This document shows, piece after piece, positions 22,693-33,900 of a stretch of 64,000 nucleotides of DNA. Within the stretch, counting starts at the first letter, position 1. Each line of letters starts with the position of its first letter. The stretch spans positions 1,657,439-1,721,438 of the forward strand of contig NMRA01000015.1 in the NCBI GenBank assembly GCA_002633005.1. The letters run 5' to 3'. The notes below the pieces were generated by a model, which did no database searches, was not told the DNA's origin, and saw only the letters and a program-made list of their open reading frames with translations. The translations under genes and the position numbers were made by a program. This DNA comes from Phoronis australis (taxonomy: Eukaryota > Animalia > Phoronida).

Positions 22693-25198
22693 GGAGTGGC
22701 GATGCCAAGCCCCCTGTCTCTTCAGAGAAGCCTTCTGGACAGTCACTGTGCGACTTCACCATGCAGTTGGAGGAGTATACACCTACTGTAAGTTACATCT
22801 AGCTGGTCTGTCAGAAGTCAACATGTCGTCTTCTCTCACCAGGATGTAATCTTCTAACGCACACTCAACTCAGAGTGAGACTGGAAACTAACCAATAATG
22901 TTGCATGATTTAAGTAGAGATTTTTAGCCATAACATGTCATGCGATTGATCAGTTTTTGAGTTGAGTTTCGAATGAAGAGATTAAACTCCTGGGCTTGAT
23001 GTTAAATCATTTTACTTGAAATCGAACTCAAAGATATCTTCTTTTCTACTTGAATAGTAACTCAAAACATGCTTGAGTACATTGTGGTTTACGCCGATAA
23101 GAGTCTAGTAAGTCCAAATTATCATTTGAGTAGAAACTGGAGATATTGAGCTCAGAATTAAACTTATAACTTTAATGCAAAGTAGGATTACAAAATCATC
23201 TGTGTAAACCATAATTATGGACAATTATCCCGAGTTCAATTTCAAGTAAAAAGCTTACACTGCAGGCCCTGGTTTATTTGTGTTTAGGCCGCAAAAATCA
23301 ATAAATTGGTGAAATGCCATTCACAAAGCCACGGGCCCTCTGAAACGAATGTCTTCAATTTGAATGATGTACTTCTGTGGGAAATGTGAGCAAATGTCTT
23401 AAACTTGTAATTTAAAGTATTGGGTACTAGATTTGTTGACCATGAAAGATTGTAAACTAACCGTAAACTCGTGGGTTAACAACCTGTGCGCTTAAGGGAA
23501 GACGGGGATGGGTGATCAAACTGCATGGGCATTAACCCATGAGTTTACGGTAAAAGTTGTTAATTGCATATTTTAAATTTTTCTATTGGACATTTCCAAA
23601 TCCCCCAGCTCTATGTTCAAAGTGCATTGATCTGAGAGACTTTTGATTTTGTTCAGTTTCTGGACGTCAAATTTAGAATTCAATTGGGGAATGTCACTTG
23701 TAAGAATACGTGCGTTTACAGTTTTTTAGTAAATAAATTTAAATTTTGAATTACTCTTTCAGATACCAGATGCAGTGACAAGTTACTATCTCAACAGGGC
23801 GGGGTTTGAGGCGAGCGACCCCAGAATGTAAGAGACAGGTGTCCATATGTAATGCAGAATTAATGCTCGATTTGTGTTGATGGTCTTGTTATGAGTTTGG
23901 AGCAGTCTCCTCTTCTCAACTCTTAACTTGTCCACGTGATTACACTGGGTAACCCATTTAGTGATAATTACCCGAGTAAAGTAGAGTAATTACTGGACAT
24001 TAAGCTCTACTGTCACAGTGCAGACAGTACTCAGTCAGTGGCATTACTGAATAATTCCCTGTGTGGCCTTGTTGATTACAGATCCTGTTTCTGTAGGCTT
24101 TCACCAGTGCAGAACCCCCGGAGTTTCATTAATTTGAAAGATACTACTAAATTGCTACTCTGTAGGTGTTTTACTGTCATCTTGTCCAAGTTCTTAATTG
24201 TGAAGTATTTTGTCATTAACTTCTGTGGCCATTTTGTCCATTCATCTCTAGAAAAAAATACATTTAAAATTTCTACTTAAAGATGTCATGCTGTAATAGT
24301 TATTGCTTTTCAGTGTTCCACTTTATGAAACTATTTAAATCTTAACTTAGAAGGAAACAACAATGCTGTCATTCTATCACGTCATGCTGTACTTGTTGAA
24401 CAGTGCTGCTGACGTCATGCCAACAATCGAGCTCGAGACTTTCATTTAATGGAGCCCGGATTTGTGTTAAAATTTGTTTTGTGAACTTTTAGTGAAATGA
24501 AGAGGGAAGAATGTCCACTAAGTTCTGATGATGTCATTGGTTCTTTCAGTGTAAGACTAGTGTCTCTGTCTGCACAGAAGTTCATATCAGATATAGCCAA
24601 CGATGCCAAGAAACACTGTGAAATGAGAGTGTCTGGTCAAAGTGCAAAAAAGCAAGGAAAGGTATCGTGACATTTGAAACTTCTACTAAAGGCAGTTGGG
24701 CTTTTCTCAGTTCTCAGTACATTTAAGATTTAAATGGCTATTTTTTTCAGTAAGTTGACTGATCAATAGAGCAGAGATCGAACTAACGTGAAATATCAAA
24801 ACTTTGACAAGCTACTAACCTTTGTGAATTGAAAATCGTATTGTTACAAACAAACCTGCACGGGGAAATTATTTCGAAAAGGAACACAGAGCTTTTTTCC
24901 CATTTCAGATTTCTGTTGAGAAGTGATAAAATAGAATTTTACTATTCCACCAAATTGCATTCTAATTTGAAGACGGGAGCTTTACTGCCTTTGTATTACG
25001 TATACATACATACATTGAGTGGTTTAATGGATGTCATGCATTGTATATGTAAGGTGTCATACATTTCTTATTAATTTTTAATAAATTTTTTTGTAATTTG
25101 TTTGACAGGACAAGAAGATCACACTCACAACAGAAGATCTAATCCCTGTTCTCTCGGAGTATGGAGTGAATGTTAAGAAGCCGCACTACTTTACGTAG
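22693..25198 (+). CDS. TAF10: Transcription initiation factor TFIID subunit 10; exons 22693-22787, 23763-23827, 24550-24661, 25109-25198
   Basis: Spliced product ...[14 protein letters not shown]|[22 protein letters not shown]|[26 protein letters not shown]...K|[29 protein letters not shown] is the TAF10 histone fold. All junctions are GT-AG and phase-consistent; AATAAA at 25462. Confidence 0.96.
22988..23272. mobile_element. MITE-like inverted-repeat element in a TAF10 intron
   Basis: ttttacttgaaatcgaactc ... gagttcaatttcaagtaaaa inverted repeat. Confidence 0.45.
23460..23551. mobile_element. ~90-bp Tc1/pogo-like MITE (hairpin)
   Basis: accgtaaactcgtgggttaa ... ttaacccatgagtttacggt; CCGTA-type terminus. 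Confidence 0.6.
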
Positions 25199-28100
25199 CA
25201 CAAGTGTTGAATAGTCTGATAATACATCACGTTTCCTACTGTGGTGTCTGTGGAACTGTGTCTGAAGAAGTGCACCATACTTTAGGTGCTAAAACTAACA
25301 AGCCTGAAGATATTGAGTGGATTCTTTTTGAGTCCAAATGTGAGAGACGTCAGTGATCCATCTTTAGCCATTGTTATGAAGAGACTTAACAGTTGCTTAC
25401 AGGTGATTTATGATGTAAATAGTGTTTTAGGGTAATACCATTGTAAAAAAAGACAATTAAAAATAAATAAAATTTTATTGCAATTTTACATGTTTCAAGG
25501 TTAACACAAGAAAACTTTTCCACACTATACATTGTAAGTTTAAAGCACCGGTCTTCGGCCAAAAAGATTTAGACCGCCTTGATGGAGTGACATGCAAACT
25601 TACTGGAACTAGTTTTGAGCAGTAATGAACCATTTCTCAAGCTCAGGAATCACTTGGCATCACAGGAAGGAACAAGCTGAACCACTTTTATAGATGTAAG
25701 TGGTTCAAGTCAAAAGTTAGTATTTTTGATGGAAGGCCGGTGCACAGCATCTTAATAAGAAGTAGAGTAAAATCAAACCATTTCAGAAAATAATAATTGC
25801 CAAAATTGCTATTTTTTCATTTTCAAAGGTTTTTAAAATCTATGGAATGCCCACAAGTTCTGAAAACATTGTCTGCGGGTAATCGAACTTTAAATGATGA
25901 AAACATTTGTTTAGTTCTACTTATCTCGTGAAAAAAATCCTTGTCGGCCATGTTGAGGTTTTACTGAAATAAATATAAATGAGGGTGCATTGTGACCAAA
26001 TTCTAAAGAAAATAAAACCTAGACAACGTAGGACCAATAATAGTACCGAACAAGACATGGTTGTGTATGATGGTTAGGTTCAAATTATGCAATGATCAGA
26101 GATAGATTGTCAACTAAACTGTAGAGCAATCCAACACTAGCACTGAAGGTCAAGGTCAAGCTATAGGAATGCTCTTCAAATGAGGAAGATGGAGCCAAAG
26201 ATGCACAGGATGGATTGATAGGACAGACGTTGTTGAGAAAGTAATGTCTCCGTAGGACTGATTAGCTTAACTTCCAAACTCATGAGAAATATCGACTTCT
26301 AAAGTGGAGATCATTAGCATTACTATGCAATGAAGTTGAATGATTGTGATTTTTTGTTTACCTTGTAGTGTTGAATGTTAAGAGCACTGTGGCAGTGTTT
26401 GTCACGAGACATGACAATTATATAACACGACAAATAGCAAATGTAATAATGACCATGAGGAAAAGAAATGTTCTTAAATGAAAAATTGTCCTTCCCATCA
26501 CAGCTCTGTCCTCATTTTTGAGTGTGTCCTTACCGAAGGTCTGTCCTTCACATATTAAGGTCTATCCTTTCCATCCAAGATCTCCGTTTGCAATTCGCGA
26601 CTAAGCCTGAATAGAACGTTTTGACAAAATTTTTATGAGAGCATTTGCTGGAAAGGAATACCGTCACAGCTTAGAGAGGGATACGGGGCAAAGAACACTC
26701 GAGGCCCTCTGGTGGTTATGCTGTCAATTCACACACACACATATCATGTAATCACCTTTCGATGACATATTTTGCAACAACTACAGAAGTTCTTGTTTAC
26801 ATGCACACATTGTTTTCTATAAGGCACCCTTTATTAGTAACAAAATTTTTTTTTTCAATTTAAAAATTGACTAGAATATTAATCTACAATATGAAGATAA
26901 CTGTTGATGGGCTGAAGTCTAAATACAATTTGTCTAACTTGCACAAGTTCAGTTGTTAAAATAATCTTTAGTTGACCAGGCACATATTGCACAATTGATA
27001 ACAGTGCAGATAAACCATCCAGTAACTGAACTACAAATAAACATTCATCATGAACTACCATCTTTACAATGGTAATCTGGTTGCAGTAAACAAGTCTACA
27101 TTTGTGCGTAAATACAGCTGATTTACTTTCTACAGATCCCAAACACCAAGTAAATGCAAAAAAATGTACACAAAGTAAAAACAAATGTTTTGTAAAAATC
27201 AAGTTTATCACAACAGAATGTCCAATACTTCTTGAGTGTTCTACGTTCCCCTATGTTGAAAGATACGGTGAGAAAGACTCTTAAATTACGGACAAGAACA
27301 AAATTGTTAAAAAAACTTCCCATCTGAAAATACATTGTTGCAAATGTTCAAACGTTGAATAGACTTGAGATTTTGACAAAATGTGTTCACATATACTACA
27401 CAACGACTGGGTACTTATTAAGTATTCATGGTATTATGGGATGCCTTCCATGGACGTATGAAACTCTTGAAAATGCAAGAATAGGGAAGTCCTCGAGAGA
27501 TATCACCCATTCCTAGCACAGCATGTGATCACACTAGCTTCATTCGCAACAGTCTTGCATCTATGGAATGGTTTACCCATTTTCTAGAAATAAGGATGAT
27601 CGCAACAGTAACATCCAATATTTCCGTTGAACTTTTGCGGTAGTCAGCAGACGTAAATATCTCCAGTAAAACGAGTGAACGTTAAATGACAACTTTTTAG
27701 TGAGAAAGCTCAATTCCTAAGTGAATATCTAGACAACCCAAACTGGTTAAAGCACTGTTAGCTTACAACTTGGCATGGGTCTCTTTAAAACTTGCCTGTT
27801 AACTTGCAACTCAGCATGCGTCTCATTAAAACTTGTGATTACTGCACTCTTAAAATATTGCTTCCCTCTGTCTTACTCTCAGTAATATTTACAACCGAAA
27901 AAAATAATTCTTTGGTCAGATTTCCAATAAAATAGTCATGCAAGAGGGGAAACAAACCTGATTTTAATTAACACCTAAAAATAAACAATGGAATATTGAA
28001 ATAAACTGTCAAAAAAACTCTGACCAGAAAAACTTTATGCTCAGTGAATTAGCAGAAATGCATGGCGCATAACAGACAAGAAACTAAAAAGACATAATTA

Positions 28101-29828
28101 TTTTAAGCGTATGTTTGCAAAATAAACGACCTTTCACGGATAGCGTGAAACATCATGTTCACAATGGACTGTGGTATAGCAGTCATTCTCAGCAGGAGGA
28201 GGTACAAAATTTGTAGAAATCACTTTTCATACTAATAGCAATTTCAAGTTCAGTTCATCATAAAAACAGGAGTAGACACTTTCTTGATTCTGATTAGATA
28301 ACTCAAATCCTAAAACTCTAGCATTATCTAGGAGGGTAACCCATTGATTTTCGGTATTTGATAAAAGGTGCATGAGAGATGCATGAGAGAGAGGAAAATA
28401 CAGTCTCGCGTACACAAACTTTGATGGCAATCGCAATGGCACTTGCTGATTTTTAAAATGACACAAACCCTAGAATAAAAGCTGGTGTGCATTTCACAGA
28501 GCATAAGTGTCTTTTGAGTTTGGCGAGCTCAAGCAAAATAAATGAAAGGCGAATGATTTGTGAGCGACCTCACCACCAGACATTCATTGACTAGCAAAAT
28601 GATTGGTCGGCAAGACTGGAATGTTGGGATCGGAGAAAACTCACAGTTTCCATTCCATAAGTGAAGACTTCTCACCGCAAGTGTCTTCCATTATGGAAAG
28701 CGACCAAGAGCCCTTGCAGCTACTTTCGTAAAATTGCAGGAAACTGGCATAACAACCAATCACAGATAGCTTTGCACATATTGTCTAAAGAATGTTCCAG
28801 CTTAACACACTCGGTGTACACAGATGACAAAGGTGAGCAAATGTCTGAACAGCTATGTTAAATGATAAATGAATGAAGCCCAGATTACAGGTAGAAAGTA
28901 CACATCAATTGTTTTAGCAAATACAGTTTGGTAGGTGAACTTAAGGTGGTAATCTTTGCGTCAAGGAACAGTTGAGTTACGATAAGTCTTCACTTATGTC
29001 GCACAAAATAAGTTAAATAGTTACATTTTCCTGTCAAATCAATTGACACACTTTTTGTGTGTTGACGGGTGTGTGAAATCAACTGAGTAAGCAAGCATCG
29101 CCAACTGTACATGTGCGAATTCATTAAAATGTTACCTATGGGTTGCCAATGCGATCTATTTATCAGTAACTACGTTACGTTATCTTGATCCAAATTAAAA
29201 GTACTTTACCCCATTGACACACATCCAGGTTATTCCAGTATGAGTGGATAAACTAAGTGGTGACTATACAATGTTCAGACCTTATTAACATGGTTGAAGA
29301 GCAGCGTATTACTAGGATTGATAACAGGGGTTTGCATTTGTATTTTCCAAAGTACAATTAGTTGATAGTGCACAATTTATGTGAGGCAAAAAAATCCCAC
29401 CAAGTAGCGTTGTCTGCAAAATAAGTGAGGGACAAAATATTTTTCCAAATAATATTTGATGTGTGAAATGACGTGACTGTGTGAAATAAGTGGAGAATTA
29501 CTGTAACTAACACTACATGTAACACACTCGTCATAAGTTACACGAACCCTAATCCGTACTTTGCACTTCAAGTGCAACTGGCTTAAGTAGTATGGAATAT
29601 GATCAATCAATAAAAAATATATTGAATAAACCTAACATCGTCAAGATTCCAAAGCAGAACTAGCAGAAGCTTATAGTCTCTTTATTAACACCTGAGTTAT
29701 GTTGATGTAAAATTAACATGATGGAAGACAGGCGGACTTTTGGTTAGCTAGAGGTGTATTGCGTAGTTGTAATTGTAACTGAAGATCAACAAGTGACTTT
29801 GATGGACATGTCGAAATATTTTAAAAAG

Positions 29829-30947
29829 AACAAGCGCAACGCGGAGCGTTGAAATGCGCCCACGAATGCATCGCAAATGGTGCGCTTTTAGGGTTATTTA
29901 TTTGTGTCATAAAAATTTCATAGAAATCCGTCACAGAACTTCAGAAAAACAAAGGAAAACAGAATAAAATGAAATTGCCACTAGGAGGCACACTGTTCAT
30001 CGGATCCGCCTGAAAGTCGTCAATGGCTGTTGTTAGGTTCATATAAATACACTCACTTATGAAATTTATCTGTAGTGGGTTTAGGACATACAGCTATGTA
30101 AAAATAGACTCGAAAACACCAAAAAAGGCCACTAGGCGGTGCGAAATACCTTGATTCCATTCGAAAACAGGAGGATAGTGTCATCTCACTAATAGATGCC
30201 CAGATTCAAAATTTTTTGAAAATCCATTGAGGACTTTTGAAGATACCGAGGTGAACCTAAAACTAAAACCGCCATCAGGGGGCACACCAATAGTCAGATC
30301 CATTTGAAAATCGCCGTTGTTCGTTGTCAACATCATATAAACACACTTGTTAAATTTAGTAAAGATCCTGCAAACAGTTTAGGAGATACGCCATAAGGGA
30401 AAAAAATGAAACTGCCACTAGGAGGCGCCACAGTAGTTGAAGTAATGAGAAAATCATCGTCAACCTCCTCCTTCATAGTAAGAACATATATGCCAATTTT
30501 CACAATCATGCTTAGAGCGGTTTGGTTGATAGAGGGGTGGACGCTAAAAAACAAAATCGAAAACAGTAAAAATGGCCACTAAGTGGTGCAAACTACGTCG
30601 AATCCATCCGAAAACACAAGGATACCGTTGTCTCACTAATAGATGTCTATATACCAAATCTATATACCAAATTTTGTGAAAATATGTTGAGGACCTTTGA
30701 AGATACAGAGGTAAACGTAAAAAACTAAAATTGCCACTGGGGGCACACTGGTAGTCGGATCTATCCGAAAGTATGCTCATGCTGTCCCATCCATAAAAGA
30801 AACACATGTGCAAACTTTCATGAACATACGTCAACCGGTTTTGGAGATAGAGCAGCAGACGCCGGACGGACGCTGGACGGACGCCAGATGGACGGACGGA
30901 GGTGACGGCATAATGCATCCACATATACATATGTGGGCGCATAAAAA
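29829..30947 (+). mobile_element. Helentron-associated (HINE/Pearl-like) element
   Basis: Starts aacaag; subterminal inverted repeats atgcgcccac (29854) / gtgggcgcat (30933); internal gccactaggnggc core repeats; (GACG)n microsatellite near 30859-30900; terminal hairpin ccacatat-ac-atatgtgg followed by an A-run. Confidence 0.75.
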
Positions 30948-30988
30948 TATGTTTACATACTCTACTCATTTATAACCAGACGCAGTGG

Positions 30989-33900
30989 CTAACCTAAACT
31001 GTTGTTAGAGTCTGAGCAAGAGAGATTAGTCTCAGACTGGAAGGTTGTCAAACTCTTCTGAGATTTGCGCACATTCCAGTGAAGACAGCCAGCTAAACTG
31101 GCGAACCAGTCACTCACATGGTCCTTCTTGCATATCGATGGCACAGGGTAGATAGAGGTAACAATACGAAGACTGAAAAGGAATCCGATACGATTAGTTG
31201 TACTCTGTATAGTGTTTCCTACTGGTGACAGATGGCGCTGTGTGCAGGCCAATCCATCACAGTAGATAACAGAACATCAGGACTCCTTACCTTGAAGACA
31301 TTAGTTAAATTGTAACGCTTATAATGAACTGTGCATACAACAGCCTCACTACAGATTGAACTTCAATAAGCAATTCTCGCACAGTCTGTCACATTACACG
31401 AGGAGTGTTTCATGGTTCACAAAATTGACAATTAGTGCAAAATTGAAAAAATACACCAGATTAACGGGACACCGGTATGAAAATTTTGAAATTCATGATG
31501 TTATGGTTGTAGTTAACCATAGTGTAAAATTAACAACTGCTCAGCAGACAATATTGAACAACATCAGGACTGGTCAATCTCAAATTCTTGTCCTCCAAAT
31601 GTTCACACGCATACTGGATAATACTGATAAACTGTCCACTAGTTTGTACTCAGATGGTAACAGGTGCATTGATGGTTTGGTTCCCACTCAGTTTTAACCA
31701 ATTTGTCAATTTTCAAGACTATTCCTAGAGCCACTTCAGTGAGATAATAAGAGTTTCACTGTTTTAGACAAGTGAAAGATTTTCACTTGAAAAGCACTTT
31801 AATCAACACTGATAATGCAAAACACAGCAGTTCTATAACACAACCAAACAGTCCTACAGCAGGCCAAGCTAAGCAGCTGTGCAGTTGTTGGTGTGACTCA
31901 CACTTCATCAAACTGCAGCTCATGTCTACCCCGTCCATCAAATGCTATGTAAACTGTGTTCCTGGCATCAGACGTGACGCGCACCTGTAACACAATCAGT
32001 GGGAGGTCAGCAGAGCAAGACACAGGACAGATATTCGTAATCACATGAATGCATTTTTACTCGGACAAAAACATGATTTTTTATGGAAAACGCCGAATTT
32101 TCCACAGACACAATTTTTTTCACATGAAACTTGCAAATTCCTGTCTGGGATTATCATGTTAGGCCTTTTAGCCACAAAACTAGTCTGTCAAAAATAATAC
32201 TTCCATTTTTTCAAGGAATATTGATATCTTCATTTTTGACATCAGAGTTCTCCAGCTAGAAAGTCTTAATAGAAATTCCAGACACAGTTTTGTAGCTAAA
32301 CAAATAAAGAAACAAAATTTGCAAGTTTCATGTGAAATAAATATTTCACGTTTGTGTAAATTATGGCGATCTTTGTAAAAAATCAAGATTCTTTAGAAAA
32401 CAATGCAGTCATGTGATAATGAATATGTGTGCATGTTTTTTGTGCATAAAAAAGGTTCTTGGAGAATCAAGGATTTGAAAAATACATAGTTGGGTTTACT
32501 ATTACCAGTTAAAAATATTATTTAAGAAATTTGATCCTCGGTAACAAAGATATCTCTGTACTTTAAGTCCACCAGTCTATACAACAAGACCCATGTGTTC
32601 ATGCACAAGTATCGTACTCACCATGACCTCAACTCCAGCAGGTACAACAATGGGTCGGAATGACAGCGAATGTGGGCAGATGGGGGTGATGAGGATAGCA
32701 GGGATGGTGGGGTGAACCATGGAGGCACCAGCACCAGCTGCATAGGCAGTACTTCCTGTTGTAGTGGAAATGATCAGACCTGCAGGCAAGAGTGGTAGTT
32801 TATTAAACAGCATGGGGACATTGAAGGTCACTATTAGCAGACCTGCAGGCAAGAGTGGTACAATTTTGTACACAGCATGGGGACATTAAAGGTCACTATT
32901 ATCAGACCTGCAGGCAAGAGTGGTAAAGTTTTGTAGGCAGCATTGAGACACTGAATGTCAGTATTATCAAACCTGCAGAATGGAAGACAGTGCTATGTGC
33001 AGAATCTGAGGCCTGTGAAGGTAAGAAAAATAAGGCCAGCATGCATGCACAGTAGAGTCATGAACATAGTTTGGGGGCACTGCATGTCACTATAATCATA
33101 CTAAGAGGCAAGCATGGAAAAGTTCAGTACAGTCTGCCATCAGTGAAGATAATTAGTATCAGACCTGCAGGCAAAAGTGGTTGTGGTTTTTTGCACACTT
33201 ACAAAGAATTATGATAATGCGGTACTCAAAAACAAAACATTAGATTTGGGTAAAGCTTTATATACAGTACGAAGACAGTGAAGAAAACTATCAAGAGTGG
33301 TAGAATTGTGTGATCAGTTTGGGGACTGCAACTATGCCTGCAGACAGAAGTGAGAGACAAAGACCAGGCCTGCAGGCATGAGTAACGCGGTTAATCTGTA
33401 CATAGTTTGAAGACAGTGATGGACTTTTGGGCACAAGTGCTAGTAAGAGTTAACATCTCAGTTTGGAAGCAAATCAACAGTAATTACTTGGCGGAATTCT
33501 TTGAATTCCGTCAAGTATGTTGGTCTGACAGCAAGTTTTTTTTGTTTGTTCGCACTCTACAGGTCGCAATTTTCGTCCGATTTTCACGAAATTTGAACAC
33601 GACGTGTAGACTGGAAAGTCCTGGAAGCCTATTGTTTTTGGTCATGATCGGATACAAAATAGCGGACGTGGCGGCCATTTTGTATAAAATTTCACAGTCA
33701 AATACTCGTAGAGGCCGCATTTTTCGACCTACAAAGCTGAAAATCGGTGCGATTATACTAGAACGCATGTGCTACAACTCTGCAGAAAACCGCTGACTTC
33801 TGGTTAAAGATGGCGGAAATATTGGACGTGGCGCATGCGCACCCCGAAATATGGCTAAAAACGTTTTCTCCTGTAGAGGGCGCAATTGCAAACCAATCAC

